Below, in pieces: positions 9,374 to 18,202 of a stretch of 64,000 bases of DNA. The notes beneath the pieces were generated by a model. The model did not search any database and was not told the origin of the DNA. It saw nothing but the letters and a program-made list of their open reading frames with translations. Source of the stretch: Candidatus Helarchaeota archaeon. GTDB lineage: Archaea > Asgardarchaeota > Lokiarchaeia > Helarchaeales > RDOG01. The translations under genes were made by a program, and so were the position numbers. Position 1 is the stretch's first letter; each line of letters opens with the position of its first letter. The DNA is taken from contig JAHPZH010000009.1 of NCBI GenBank assembly GCA_019058315.1, positions 96,001-160,000 of the forward strand, given 5' to 3'.

Positions 9374-9778
9374 ATGAGTACCGACGAAGATAAGATTTCA
9401 ATTGATATCGAGGTTATAGAAACACCTCGAGGCAAAGTTGTAAGCCTTGAAAGTATTAAAAATATTATAAATGCATTGAATTTATTAAATGTAGAGCTTA
9501 TTACATCTAATGAAAAAATTAATAATGAGGTTCTGAATGAAATGATAAATGTCGAAAGGGAATTAAAAGCTATTAGGAAGTTATTAGCTGAAAATACAAT
9601 AACACATGAAGCTTTAAAAGAAAATATCAGAGAAATGAAAGATGTTTTAAAAAGTAATCTAGATTCATTAAATACAAACTTTAAAAAATTATCAAATGAC
9701 TTTGAATCATTCGAGAAAAATATAGAAAGGAAAATAATTTCATCTTTAACCAAATTCATTCAGAGCTCAAAATCTTAA
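9374..9778 (+). CDS. Hypothetical coiled-coil protein
   Basis: ATG start, heptad-rich E/K/L sequence, codirectional with UEV gene. Confidence 0.7.
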   Translation: MSTDEDKISIDIEVIETPRGKVVSLESIKNIINALNLLNVELITSNEKINNEVLNEMINVERELKAIRKLLAENTITHEALKENIREMKDVLKSNLDSLNTNFKKLSNDFESFEKNIERKIISSLTKFIQSSKS

Positions 9779-9875
9779 TATCTAAAGTAAGGATCCCATT
9801 TGAAAAATATTATTAGAGTTCAATAGTTAAAGAATTTAGATTTTTTTTATTAATATAAGAAGGACAGAAAATCGG

Positions 9876-10550
9876 TTGGAGGAAAGGATTTATATCGAAG
9901 CAGAATTGATGTATAAAAAACAAAATGATTTTAAAACTATTCAGGGGAATCTTAGAAAGTGGGTAGGTCATTTAAAAACAAGAAATGATGATTCTATCAC
10001 GATTAATATCGAAATTCCTCGTAGTTTTCCTATTGAACCTCCAATTATTAAAATAAGTCCTCCTATTATCCATTCTATTATTGATGAGAGTGGAAATATA
10101 AACTTAAAGATGCTTAAAAATTGGAAACCTGAATATCACATTTTTCAAATCATCAATAGTTTGAAAGCAATATTTTGGAAGGAACCGCCAAAGAAATTAT
10201 ATAGGGTAGAAGTAAAGAAAGTTAAAAGTTCTAGCAAAAAAATTAAAAAAACTAAGCAAATAAAACCTAAAAAAAGAGTCTCTATAAAAGAAACTGACAT
10301 CTCCAGAGAAGAGATGGAAAATAAAATTCAAATTCAATTCTCTTTGGATTTCTTTTCTCCTTCATTAAAAGATAGAGTATTAGATCTTCAAAGCGAAAAA
10401 ATCGCAGTCATTAATTTAGTGGAAAGCCTTGATGAAAATTTTCAAAAAGGAGATATAACAGCTGAGATTTACGCAAAATTATATAAAAAATATTATAATT
10501 TCTTAGTTTTAATAAATACAAAATTAAAGAAAATAAGTCAAGAAAATTAA
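9876..10550 (+). CDS. UEV-domain ESCRT-I subunit (Vps23/TSG101-like)
   Basis: E2 fold (FPIEPP, HSIIDESGNINL) with Asn at the catalytic Cys position; C-terminal LDENFQKGDITAEIYAKLY steadiness-box-like helices. Confidence 0.75.
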   Translation: MEERIYIEAELMYKKQNDFKTIQGNLRKWVGHLKTRNDDSITINIEIPRSFPIEPPIIKISPPIIHSIIDESGNINLKMLKNWKPEYHIFQIINSLKAIFWKEPPKKLYRVEVKKVKSSSKKIKKTKQIKPKKRVSIKETDISREEMENKIQIQFSLDFFSPSLKDRVLDLQSEKIAVINLVESLDENFQKGDITAEIYAKLYKKYYNFLVLINTKLKKISQEN

Positions 10551-10606
10551 AATGGGTTTTTAGTAAATAAATTGGATTAATTAAAAACAAGAAGTTATAA
10601 AATTAA

Positions 10607-11437
10607 TTAAATATCGAAATTAAATTTAAAAGATTTTTTATCTATCCAACTAGCCCTTTTATTTTTAACTAAAATGTTAACAATTTCCCTTAAATCCTTT
10701 GCTGGCAATGTTTCAAATCCCTTTGCAATATCTGCACCCATTTCTCGTAAATCTAATAATGTCAATCTTTCTTCTCCAACTAAAAAAGCCCAATCATAAA
10801 GTATATCTCCCCATTTATCCAGCGATTGCCAAAAAACTCTTAGACGAGTCTTTTCGTCATTAAGCCACTTGGCAAGTTTTGAATCTTCTGCTAGATGATC
10901 CATTATAATCTGTAAACATGTTTCACGGTCCTCTAGAGCGTTAAATGGCTTTTTTGTATGTAAATCATATTTATCAACAATGTGTTGGAGAAATTCTTTA
11001 CACCAATCAAAAAGAAAATTAGCCCATTCACTTGCCCATAACTCAACTTCTTCTTCCCAAGCATCTTTATCTTTTTTCTTATCAGGAATAAAATACATCC
11101 ATGGGTATAGATTTTCTTTATATGCCCATTTATAGGTTTGTATCAACTTTTTAATAATATCTTCTTCGGTTATTTCTTTTACTTTAGCCTTTTCTTTGGT
11201 TATAATCTTTTCTGGTTTTGTTACGGGTGGTTTTTGAACAATTTGTGTGGTTTTCACTTTTTTTTGTTTCTTAATCTTGACTTTTTCTTTGATTTTTTTA
11301 GTTTTTTCATCAATAGTTTCAACTAATTTTTCAGCTTCAGCCTCTAATTCAGAGATATCTTTCTCCTTTTCTTTAATTTTTTCCTTATTTTCCTCCTCTT
11401 CTTCCCGCTCTCTTTGTAATGTTGCCAATTCTATCAC
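10607..11437 (-). CDS. ESCRT-II subunit Vps25-like, with charged N-terminal extension
   Basis: WASEWANFLFDWC and AKWLNDEKTRLRVFWQSLDKWGDILYDWA resemble Vps25 winged helices; immediately downstream of Vps4. Confidence 0.8.
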   Translation of the reverse strand: MIELATLQREREEEEENKEKIKEKEKDISELEAEAEKLVETIDEKTKKIKEKVKIKKQKKVKTTQIVQKPPVTKPEKIITKEKAKVKEITEEDIIKKLIQTYKWAYKENLYPWMYFIPDKKKDKDAWEEEVELWASEWANFLFDWCKEFLQHIVDKYDLHTKKPFNALEDRETCLQIIMDHLAEDSKLAKWLNDEKTRLRVFWQSLDKWGDILYDWAFLVGEERLTLLDLREMGADIAKGFETLPAKDLREIVNILVKNKRASWIDKKSFKFNFDI

Positions 11438-11445
11438 GCTAAAAA

Positions 11446-12627
11446 TTAAATTGCACCAAATTCATTGCCCCATTCAATGTATTTATTTAGTTCATCTTTT
11501 GCCACTGAAGATTTAATGTATTCTAATGTTTCTAAAAAGTCTTTTTGTTTAACTGGTCTTGGGTTCTCTGTTTCAATAAGATTACCACTAATGTCTAATT
11601 CTCTTATAGGTTTCATTATGCTTTCTCTACATATCAAAGCAATATCTGAACCTGAAAATTTATCTGTTTCTTTAGCAAGTTTATCAAAGTTAACATCTGT
11701 ATCCAATTCGACCCCTTTAGTATGTAATTTAAAAATTACAACACGTGCTTCATACTCAGGCATGCCTACATAAATTCTTTTCTCGAATCTTCTACGAAAT
11801 GCAGAATCTATTTCCCAAGGTCTATTAGTAGCACCTAATATTACAATTGCTTGCCCTCCACTTTTTAATCCATCAACTTCTTGAAGTAATTGGGTTTTAA
11901 TCCTTCTTTCACCACCGTGTTCACCACTATCACCTCTAGATGTGGCTATTGAATCAATTTCATCAATGAATATTAAAGAAGGTGAGTTTTCTCTAGCCAA
12001 TTCAAATAATTCTTTTACTAATTTCTCGGATTCTCCTAACCATTTTGAAACTAGTGAAGCTGCATCTGCATTGAAAAATGTAGCATTGCATTCATGAGCT
12101 ACAGCTTTAGCAATTAAAGTTTTACCACAACCTGGAGGGCCATATAATAAAATTCCTTTCCATGGACGTCTAGAACCTTTAAATAAATCTGGACGTAACA
12201 TTGGTAAAATAATAGCTTCTCTCAGAGCTTGTTTTGGGGCTTCTAAATTTGCAACATCCTCCCATTTTACATCAGGTTTCTCTGTTACTATTGTTTCGGA
12301 AACTGTACGTCTTAATTCCATATCTTCTTTGGTTGCAATTTTTTTTATAGGTTTTAAGGGTTTTTCAGATGGCTCAGTGCTTGTCCTAGGTCTGGGTACT
12401 TCATACTCATAAATTCCCCTAATTTCTTTTACTCTTTTTTGATATTGCTCAATCCTATCTAAACAAATATGCCTTAATTTTATATTCTTTGTGACTTTTG
12501 CGAATTCCATCAAAATTTCCATAGCTTCTATATAGTATCGACTTGCTTCATCATAATTCTCGTCATTATCGAGATCAACAGCTTTTTTTGCTTTGCTAAT
12601 ACCCATCTTAAAAGTTCTCATAGACAT
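11446..12627 (-). CDS. vps4: Vps4 AAA ATPase with N-terminal MIT domain
   Basis: MIT (AVDLD...A...Y), GILLYGPPGCGKT, LVSKWLGESEKLVK, FIDEIDS, RRRFEKRIY. Confidence 0.93.
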   Translation of the reverse strand: MSMRTFKMGISKAKKAVDLDNDENYDEASRYYIEAMEILMEFAKVTKNIKLRHICLDRIEQYQKRVKEIRGIYEYEVPRPRTSTEPSEKPLKPIKKIATKEDMELRRTVSETIVTEKPDVKWEDVANLEAPKQALREAIILPMLRPDLFKGSRRPWKGILLYGPPGCGKTLIAKAVAHECNATFFNADAASLVSKWLGESEKLVKELFELARENSPSLIFIDEIDSIATSRGDSGEHGGERRIKTQLLQEVDGLKSGGQAIVILGATNRPWEIDSAFRRRFEKRIYVGMPEYEARVVIFKLHTKGVELDTDVNFDKLAKETDKFSGSDIALICRESIMKPIRELDISGNLIETENPRPVKQKDFLETLEYIKSSVAKDELNKYIEWGNEFGAI

Positions 12628-12711
12628 TAGGATTACACAATATATTTTTTTATTTCATTTAATTCCAAAATCAAAATATTGATAATTTCATAAGGAAGAT
12701 CTATTTGATAG

Positions 12712-13329
12712 TTACAATTTTTCTTCTTTCAATTTTTTTATTTCTTTTTCTAGTTCGATCATCTTCTCTGAAGGAGGTAGTAATGATTTTTTAGCTTCTG
12801 TTTCTATTTCTGCATCTAGTTGTTCCATGCCCTCTTTAATGTCATATTCAGTTACTTGAAGACTCGTTTGGGTACCTTCTTCAACTCCATCTTGGATATA
12901 TTCTCCTGTTAAGTCGAATTGTTGCAAATTTCTTTGTAGATCTGCCATCATCTCTCCTAGTTTCGGAATTTCTACATTTTTTAATAGACTTTTCAAACTG
13001 CGTTGTACAGAGGATAAGTTCTTCGCTATTTCAACATGACTTTTAGCCATCTTAATCTGATGGACTAAACCTTCAATATTCAATCTATATGTGTCTACAG
13101 CAATAGCCCATTTTTGAAATCGTAATCTATGTTGCATGTAAAGCTGAGCTCCCTGATTATTTCCTTCTAAACGATATTTTTTCGCTCTTTTATATTGAGC
13201 TTTAGATTCCTTTTCTAATTGTTTTCTTTGATACATCAAATTTCGGTTAAAAAGTTCTAGGTTATTAAGCAATTTATTATAATTATCGCTTTTTCTCACC
13301 CACCTAAAAAAGTCTTCAAGAACGCCCAT
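12712..13329 (-). CDS. ESCRT-III subunit (Vps2/24/46-like), paralog 2
   Basis: Snf7-type basic N-half and acidic C-half, N-terminal amphipathic helix, adjacent to Vps4. Confidence 0.8.
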   Translation of the reverse strand: MGVLEDFFRWVRKSDNYNKLLNNLELFNRNLMYQRKQLEKESKAQYKRAKKYRLEGNNQGAQLYMQHRLRFQKWAIAVDTYRLNIEGLVHQIKMAKSHVEIAKNLSSVQRSLKSLLKNVEIPKLGEMMADLQRNLQQFDLTGEYIQDGVEEGTQTSLQVTEYDIKEGMEQLDAEIETEAKKSLLPPSEKMIELEKEIKKLKEEKL

Positions 13330-13345
13330 CGACTCACCGGTAATT

Positions 13346-13963
13346 TCAATCTTTACCTTGTTTTAATTTTTTAATTTCATCTTCTAATTCTGAAATTTTT
13401 CCTGAGGGTGTTTTTAATATTTGACCAGTTTCTACTCCAATTTCAGCGTCTAATTCTGTCATTGCTTCGTTTATTTCCGCATCAGTTACTTGTGTGCTTA
13501 CTTGAGTTCCTTCTTGTATACTTTCATCAATAAATTCACCAGCTAGATCGAATTGTTGGAACATCGAATTGACATCATTCATAATTTCTGAGAGTTTTGG
13601 TAATTGTATTGCACCTGCCATGGACCTGAGAGTCCTTTGAATTACAGCTAACGTTCTAGCCATCTCATGATGGGATTGTGCCATGCGAAGTTGATGAAGT
13701 AGGCCTTCTATATTTAGTCTATAGGTATCAACAGCAAATGCCCATTTTTGAAATCTTAAACGATGTTCCATATATAATCTAGCTGCTTGATTGTTTCCCT
13801 CTAGCCTATACCTCTTAGCCGTCCTAAAGTTATCTCTGGATTGTTTTTCCAAATGTTTTCTTTGAAAGGTCAAATTACGGTTAAAAACATCTATTTTTGT
13901 TATTACTTTTTGCAGATTCTTGCCTTTTCTTAACCAACTAATAAATTTTTCTAATACTCCCAT
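13346..13963 (-). CDS. ESCRT-III subunit (Vps2/24/46-like), paralog 1
   Basis: Same length (205 aa) and shared YRLEGNNQ...HRLRFQKWA.AVDTYRLNIEGL block with 12712-13329. Confidence 0.8.
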   Translation of the reverse strand: MGVLEKFISWLRKGKNLQKVITKIDVFNRNLTFQRKHLEKQSRDNFRTAKRYRLEGNNQAARLYMEHRLRFQKWAFAVDTYRLNIEGLLHQLRMAQSHHEMARTLAVIQRTLRSMAGAIQLPKLSEIMNDVNSMFQQFDLAGEFIDESIQEGTQVSTQVTDAEINEAMTELDAEIGVETGQILKTPSGKISELEDEIKKLKQGKD

Positions 13964-14165
13964 GAAGATTTATCTCCAGGATTCTATTTTTTTTTTTAAT
14001 AAAGCAAATTAGTGGATTTTTAATTTTCACCATAATTAAATTTTGTACAAATTTTGCTTAATATAAATAATTAAACACAGTTTAATTAATTATGCTTTGA
14101 GGTTGATTTTCTAATTAAAGTCAAATTTGATAATACAAATTTATTAAATATAATATTAGAAGTTA

Positions 14166-15641
14166 TTAATAACGTCCTCGTTTTTTAGATTCTGCTATTG
14201 CCTCCTCAGCTATTCTTATGGCTTTATCTTTCTCCTCTTTTGTAATTAATAGCTCTTTTTCTAGTTCTTTGTTTTCTATTTTAAGTTGTTTAATAATTAA
14301 TTCAAGTTCTTGGATTTTTGCCTGAAAAGCTTTAATTTCAGTTGTTTTATCAGAATCAGTTAAAAGTAATGAATCAAAAAGTTCCTTAGCTTCTTCAATT
14401 TGAGTCCTTGATCGTCCTTCACTAAGTCGTTTTCTCCTAGCTTCCATAGTTTCTTTTAATTCGTCGCTTACAAAATCTAGGGGATTAAATCCAGAACCTC
14501 CATGTAATGTTTCTCGTATTCGGATTTTTAAAATAAGGGGGGCTCTCTTAATTACATCTCCGGTAATAATCGCCTCACCAGGTTCTAATCGGGAAATATC
14601 TTCATTCCAATCAGATGATAATCCCTCAGAACTCTTGATTGTAATATCAATATCTCTAATATCAGTTAATTGATGAATAATCCAAGTACCAGCTTGAGCA
14701 CGAACAGTTGTATCGAGTAATTGAGGTTTTTGAGTAACAATTACTAAATTTGCACCAAATTTTCTTCCTTCTTGAGCAAGTAATTTGACTGTTTCCCTAA
14801 CTTTTGTTTTTTTCTTAGACGCAAAAAGATGGGCTTCATCTAATATACAGTAAAAAGGTTGAATTTCTCCATCTACAGATGCATCATATAATTTCATTAA
14901 TATTTTGTGGGTCAAAGCTTCCTGAACTTCTAAATCCAAACCGCGTAGATTTACAATTGTACATTGTTGAGATGAGATTAAATCCTTCGCTGAGCTTGTC
15001 ATAAGAAATTCTATGGGTACATCTCCCCCGGGATTTATATCCAAATCCGTAAATTCAATTATTTGTTCAGCATATGATTTCGGTTCGACATGAAATTCTT
15101 TAGAACTATCGGAATTTTCAACTTTAAGGCTCGAATATTCTCCATGACGATCAAAAATTATTACTGGAATCCCCTTTTTCAAAAATTCCTCTATAAAAAC
15201 CCCAACTGTATACGATTTTCCAGAACCACTCTTACCAGTAATAAAAACTCGTCCAAATTTGGCTAAAGGAAGTAAGACATCATATGGATATCCTCTTAAT
15301 TTCCCAAAATATACTCCCTTTTCTTCTGGTGTAAATATTCCTAAAGTCTCCCTTATCAATTCTTCAGTTGCTTTATAAACGACTTCTTTAGGTTTAAATG
15401 GTGTCTTTGGTATACTACCTACAACTTCGGCAACACCATAAATAAAACTTTTTTCATTCCAAATTTCTTTAATAATTAATAAATAGAACTTCTCTCCATG
15501 CTTTGCTTGAATATAATCATTTCTTCCTATTTTTGGATTTGTAATATCAATGTTTACAGTATGAGCATATGTTTTACCCTCGATAGTTCCAATTTGTTCT
15601 AAATTTTCAGTTTCCATTTTAAACCCTATATTGATCAACAT
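14166..15641 (-). CDS. HerA/FtsK-like (DUF87) ATPase with N-terminal HAS-barrel-like region and C-terminal coiled coil
   Basis: GKSGSGKS, IFDRHGEY, ILDEAHLF, EGRKFG, TQKP. Confidence 0.85.
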   Translation of the reverse strand: MLINIGFKMETENLEQIGTIEGKTYAHTVNIDITNPKIGRNDYIQAKHGEKFYLLIIKEIWNEKSFIYGVAEVVGSIPKTPFKPKEVVYKATEELIRETLGIFTPEEKGVYFGKLRGYPYDVLLPLAKFGRVFITGKSGSGKSYTVGVFIEEFLKKGIPVIIFDRHGEYSSLKVENSDSSKEFHVEPKSYAEQIIEFTDLDINPGGDVPIEFLMTSSAKDLISSQQCTIVNLRGLDLEVQEALTHKILMKLYDASVDGEIQPFYCILDEAHLFASKKKTKVRETVKLLAQEGRKFGANLVIVTQKPQLLDTTVRAQAGTWIIHQLTDIRDIDITIKSSEGLSSDWNEDISRLEPGEAIITGDVIKRAPLILKIRIRETLHGGSGFNPLDFVSDELKETMEARRKRLSEGRSRTQIEEAKELFDSLLLTDSDKTTEIKAFQAKIQELELIIKQLKIENKELEKELLITKEEKDKAIRIAEEAIAESKKRGRY

Positions 15642-15904
15642 TAATATGATAAAACAGCATTAAGTATTCAGTAATCTAATATTTAAAATTTTAATGAAAG
15701 CGGAAAATGAATAAAAATAATTACAGAAATAATCTCTATTTATTTTAATAAAGAAAAATAATTGCAAAAATGAAAAAGAAATATTTAATTTTTTGGATAG
15801 AATGCCTAGATATGTAATTTTTTAAATATCGGTTTTGATATAATAGGATTGAGAACTAAAATTTAAAAAAAAGAAACATGACTAGGAAATTAAATTAAGA
15901 GGAT

Positions 15905-16537
15905 TTGAACGAAATGGGATTTTTTAAGAAATTATTCCCCAAAAAGCAAGTAGAAAAAAGAGATCAAATTATATCTCAAATTCGGCAAAGTATGAACCAA
16001 ATGAATTTAAGATCTCGAAAATTTGCCAATCAAGCTGATTTAAATAAAGCTAAAGCAAGAAAATATATTAAAACAAACAAAGCTCTAGCAAAACAATATC
16101 TTGCAAGATATCAAAAAAGTCAAAAACTTCAAAAACGCTATGATACATATATTGCCAAATTGGAAGACAGAATTTTTGCATTAGAACAAGCCGAAGATAT
16201 CAAAGCAATGACGGATGCTATGAAAGGGGCAACTGTCGCATTAAAGCAAGCCAGTGTGTTAATTAACCCACAAACAGCAATGGAACTTTCTGTGGAATCT
16301 CAACAAGCTATGGCTGACATTGATAGAGCAGGAGAGATATTCGCCGAAGAAGAGGATTTAAATTTAGATGAAGAAGAACTGGACGCAGCCCTCGAAGAAT
16401 TAGAAGCAGAGGCACTATTAGGGGAAATTGAAGAATTACCGGAAGTACCAGCCGATACTATTCGACAACCTGAAAAATCTAAAGTTAAAAAACAACTTGA
16501 AGAATTAAGAGAATCCATTGATTCAGATATAGATTAA
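15905..16537 (+). CDS. ESCRT-III subunit (Snf7/Vps20/32/60-like); start probably ATG 15914
   Basis: MGFFKKLF amphipathic helix, LDEEELDAALEELE, ELPEVP (MIM2-like). Confidence 0.85.
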   Translation: MNEMGFFKKLFPKKQVEKRDQIISQIRQSMNQMNLRSRKFANQADLNKAKARKYIKTNKALAKQYLARYQKSQKLQKRYDTYIAKLEDRIFALEQAEDIKAMTDAMKGATVALKQASVLINPQTAMELSVESQQAMADIDRAGEIFAEEEDLNLDEEELDAALEELEAEALLGEIEELPEVPADTIRQPEKSKVKKQLEELRESIDSDID

Positions 16538-16554
16538 AAATAAAATTAAATACT

Positions 16555-16791
16555 TTAGGCCGCCCAAGGTAAATCAGGAGTTTCTGGAGTAGGTGCAGCT
16601 GGTGTCGGAATAATAGCAAGCATAACAATAACACCTACTATTAATAATAATGTAACAATAATAACAGAATAAGGACCTACTTTTACTCCCCAACTCTCCT
16701 CTTGAAAAAATCGTATTAAACCAGCACCTGCAAAAGGCATCGGTCCTTCACGGGATCTACGTTTTTGGCGTCTACCTGGCTTTTTTGACAT
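16555..16791 (-). CDS. Preprotein translocase subunit Sec61beta
   Basis: AGAGLIRFFQEE..GVKVGP followed by one TM helix. Confidence 0.9.
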   Translation of the reverse strand: MSKKPGRRQKRRSREGPMPFAGAGLIRFFQEESWGVKVGPYSVIIVTLLLIVGVIVMLAIIPTPAAPTPETPDLPWAA

Positions 16792-16882
16792 CTTATTTCA
16801 AACTTTTTAATTTTTAATAAATTAATTAATATAATTTAATTTTCTTTTATAAAAGTTAATAACAATCAGAGGAAACATAAAA

Positions 16883-17170
16883 ATGAAAATATCCGAATTT
16901 CAACAATTGATGAAGGATCTATATTTTGAACGAGATAAAAAAAGAGGAGTTTCAAAAACCTTTTGTTGGTTGGTTGAAGAAATTGGAGAACTAGCCAAGA
17001 GTATAAATAAGAAAAATCTTGATGTTGCTCAAGAATTTGCTGATGTTTTAGCATGGTTATGTTCTGTAGCAAATTTATTTGAGATTGATCTAGAGAAAGT
17101 AGCTATAGACAAATATAATTATTTTTGCCCAAAATGTAAAAAAAATCCTTGTAAGTGTGAATTTGATTAA
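16883..17170 (+). CDS. MazG-like nucleotide pyrophosphohydrolase
   Basis: WLVEEIGELA, QEFADVLAWL, C-terminal CPKC...PCKC. Confidence 0.88.
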   Translation: MKISEFQQLMKDLYFERDKKRGVSKTFCWLVEEIGELAKSINKKNLDVAQEFADVLAWLCSVANLFEIDLEKVAIDKYNYFCPKCKKNPCKCEFD

Positions 17171-17353
17171 TTTATTATGAGTAAATAAACAACTTCATGT
17201 TTAAACAATATATTCTTTTATAGTTCAATGAAAAAATAATTAAATTATATAATAATTTGAATTTTAAAACTTGAATTTTTAATGAAAATAGTGAAAAGAA
17301 ATATTAATCAATAACTCAAATCTTACTTAATTTACTCTGGAGTAACGATATTA

Positions 17354-18193
17354 ATGAAAGTAGAGGAAATTATGAAAAAGGAAGTAATTTCAGTAGAAGT
17401 TCCGAATTCTAGAGCTAACCTCATGGAATTATTTGAAAAACATAATTTAAAATCATTACCAGTACTAAAAAAAGGCACGAATAATTTAGTTGGAGTAGTA
17501 ACACAAGCAGATCTCATTAAAAATCCTTCCGAAGATCAACTTGCCTTATTGATGACTAGGAATCCAATTACCGTTTCTGCTAAAGATGATATTAAAAATG
17601 CTGTAAAATTAATAATAAATAACAATCTTAGACGTTTACCGGTTACAGACAACGATAAAAGTTTAAAAGGAATGTTATCGATAACAGATATTATTTCAAA
17701 AGGTATCTCAAAGTTAGGTATTCAAAAGACTATAAAGGATTATATTTTAAGGACTTTTACTTCAATTTGGGAAGGAACTCCACTTCCAATAGTACCTCAT
17801 ATTATGAGGTTAGCCAAAAAACAGGCTCTTCTTGTTTTAAATGATAAAGGTAATTTATCAGGAATAATATCACAAGAAGATCTTATTAAAGCAAGTGAAA
17901 TTGTGTCTGAAAATACAAAATCAAATATTTCTGCTGAATCTGAAGGTGATTTTAGTTGGGATGCTTCCTCTACACTTCTTATAACTCAACATAAATTAAA
18001 ATTACCAAATGATAAACTAATTAAAGATGTAATGGAAAAAAAATTAATCACTGCAATTGAATCTACTAGTATTAAAGAATGCGCTGATAAAATGCGTAAA
18101 TATAATATAAGCCAATTACCGGTTTTAGATGCTCGTGGGGAATTAATTGGATTAATAACCGATAATAGTTTGTTAAAAGCACTTTATGAATAA
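17354..18193 (+). CDS. CBS-domain protein (four CBS repeats)
   Basis: Repeated LPV...L.G.(V/I)T..DL motifs. Confidence 0.88.
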   Translation: MKVEEIMKKEVISVEVPNSRANLMELFEKHNLKSLPVLKKGTNNLVGVVTQADLIKNPSEDQLALLMTRNPITVSAKDDIKNAVKLIINNNLRRLPVTDNDKSLKGMLSITDIISKGISKLGIQKTIKDYILRTFTSIWEGTPLPIVPHIMRLAKKQALLVLNDKGNLSGIISQEDLIKASEIVSENTKSNISAESEGDFSWDASSTLLITQHKLKLPNDKLIKDVMEKKLITAIESTSIKECADKMRKYNISQLPVLDARGELIGLITDNSLLKALYE

Positions 18194-18202
18194 AATTACT
18201 TA

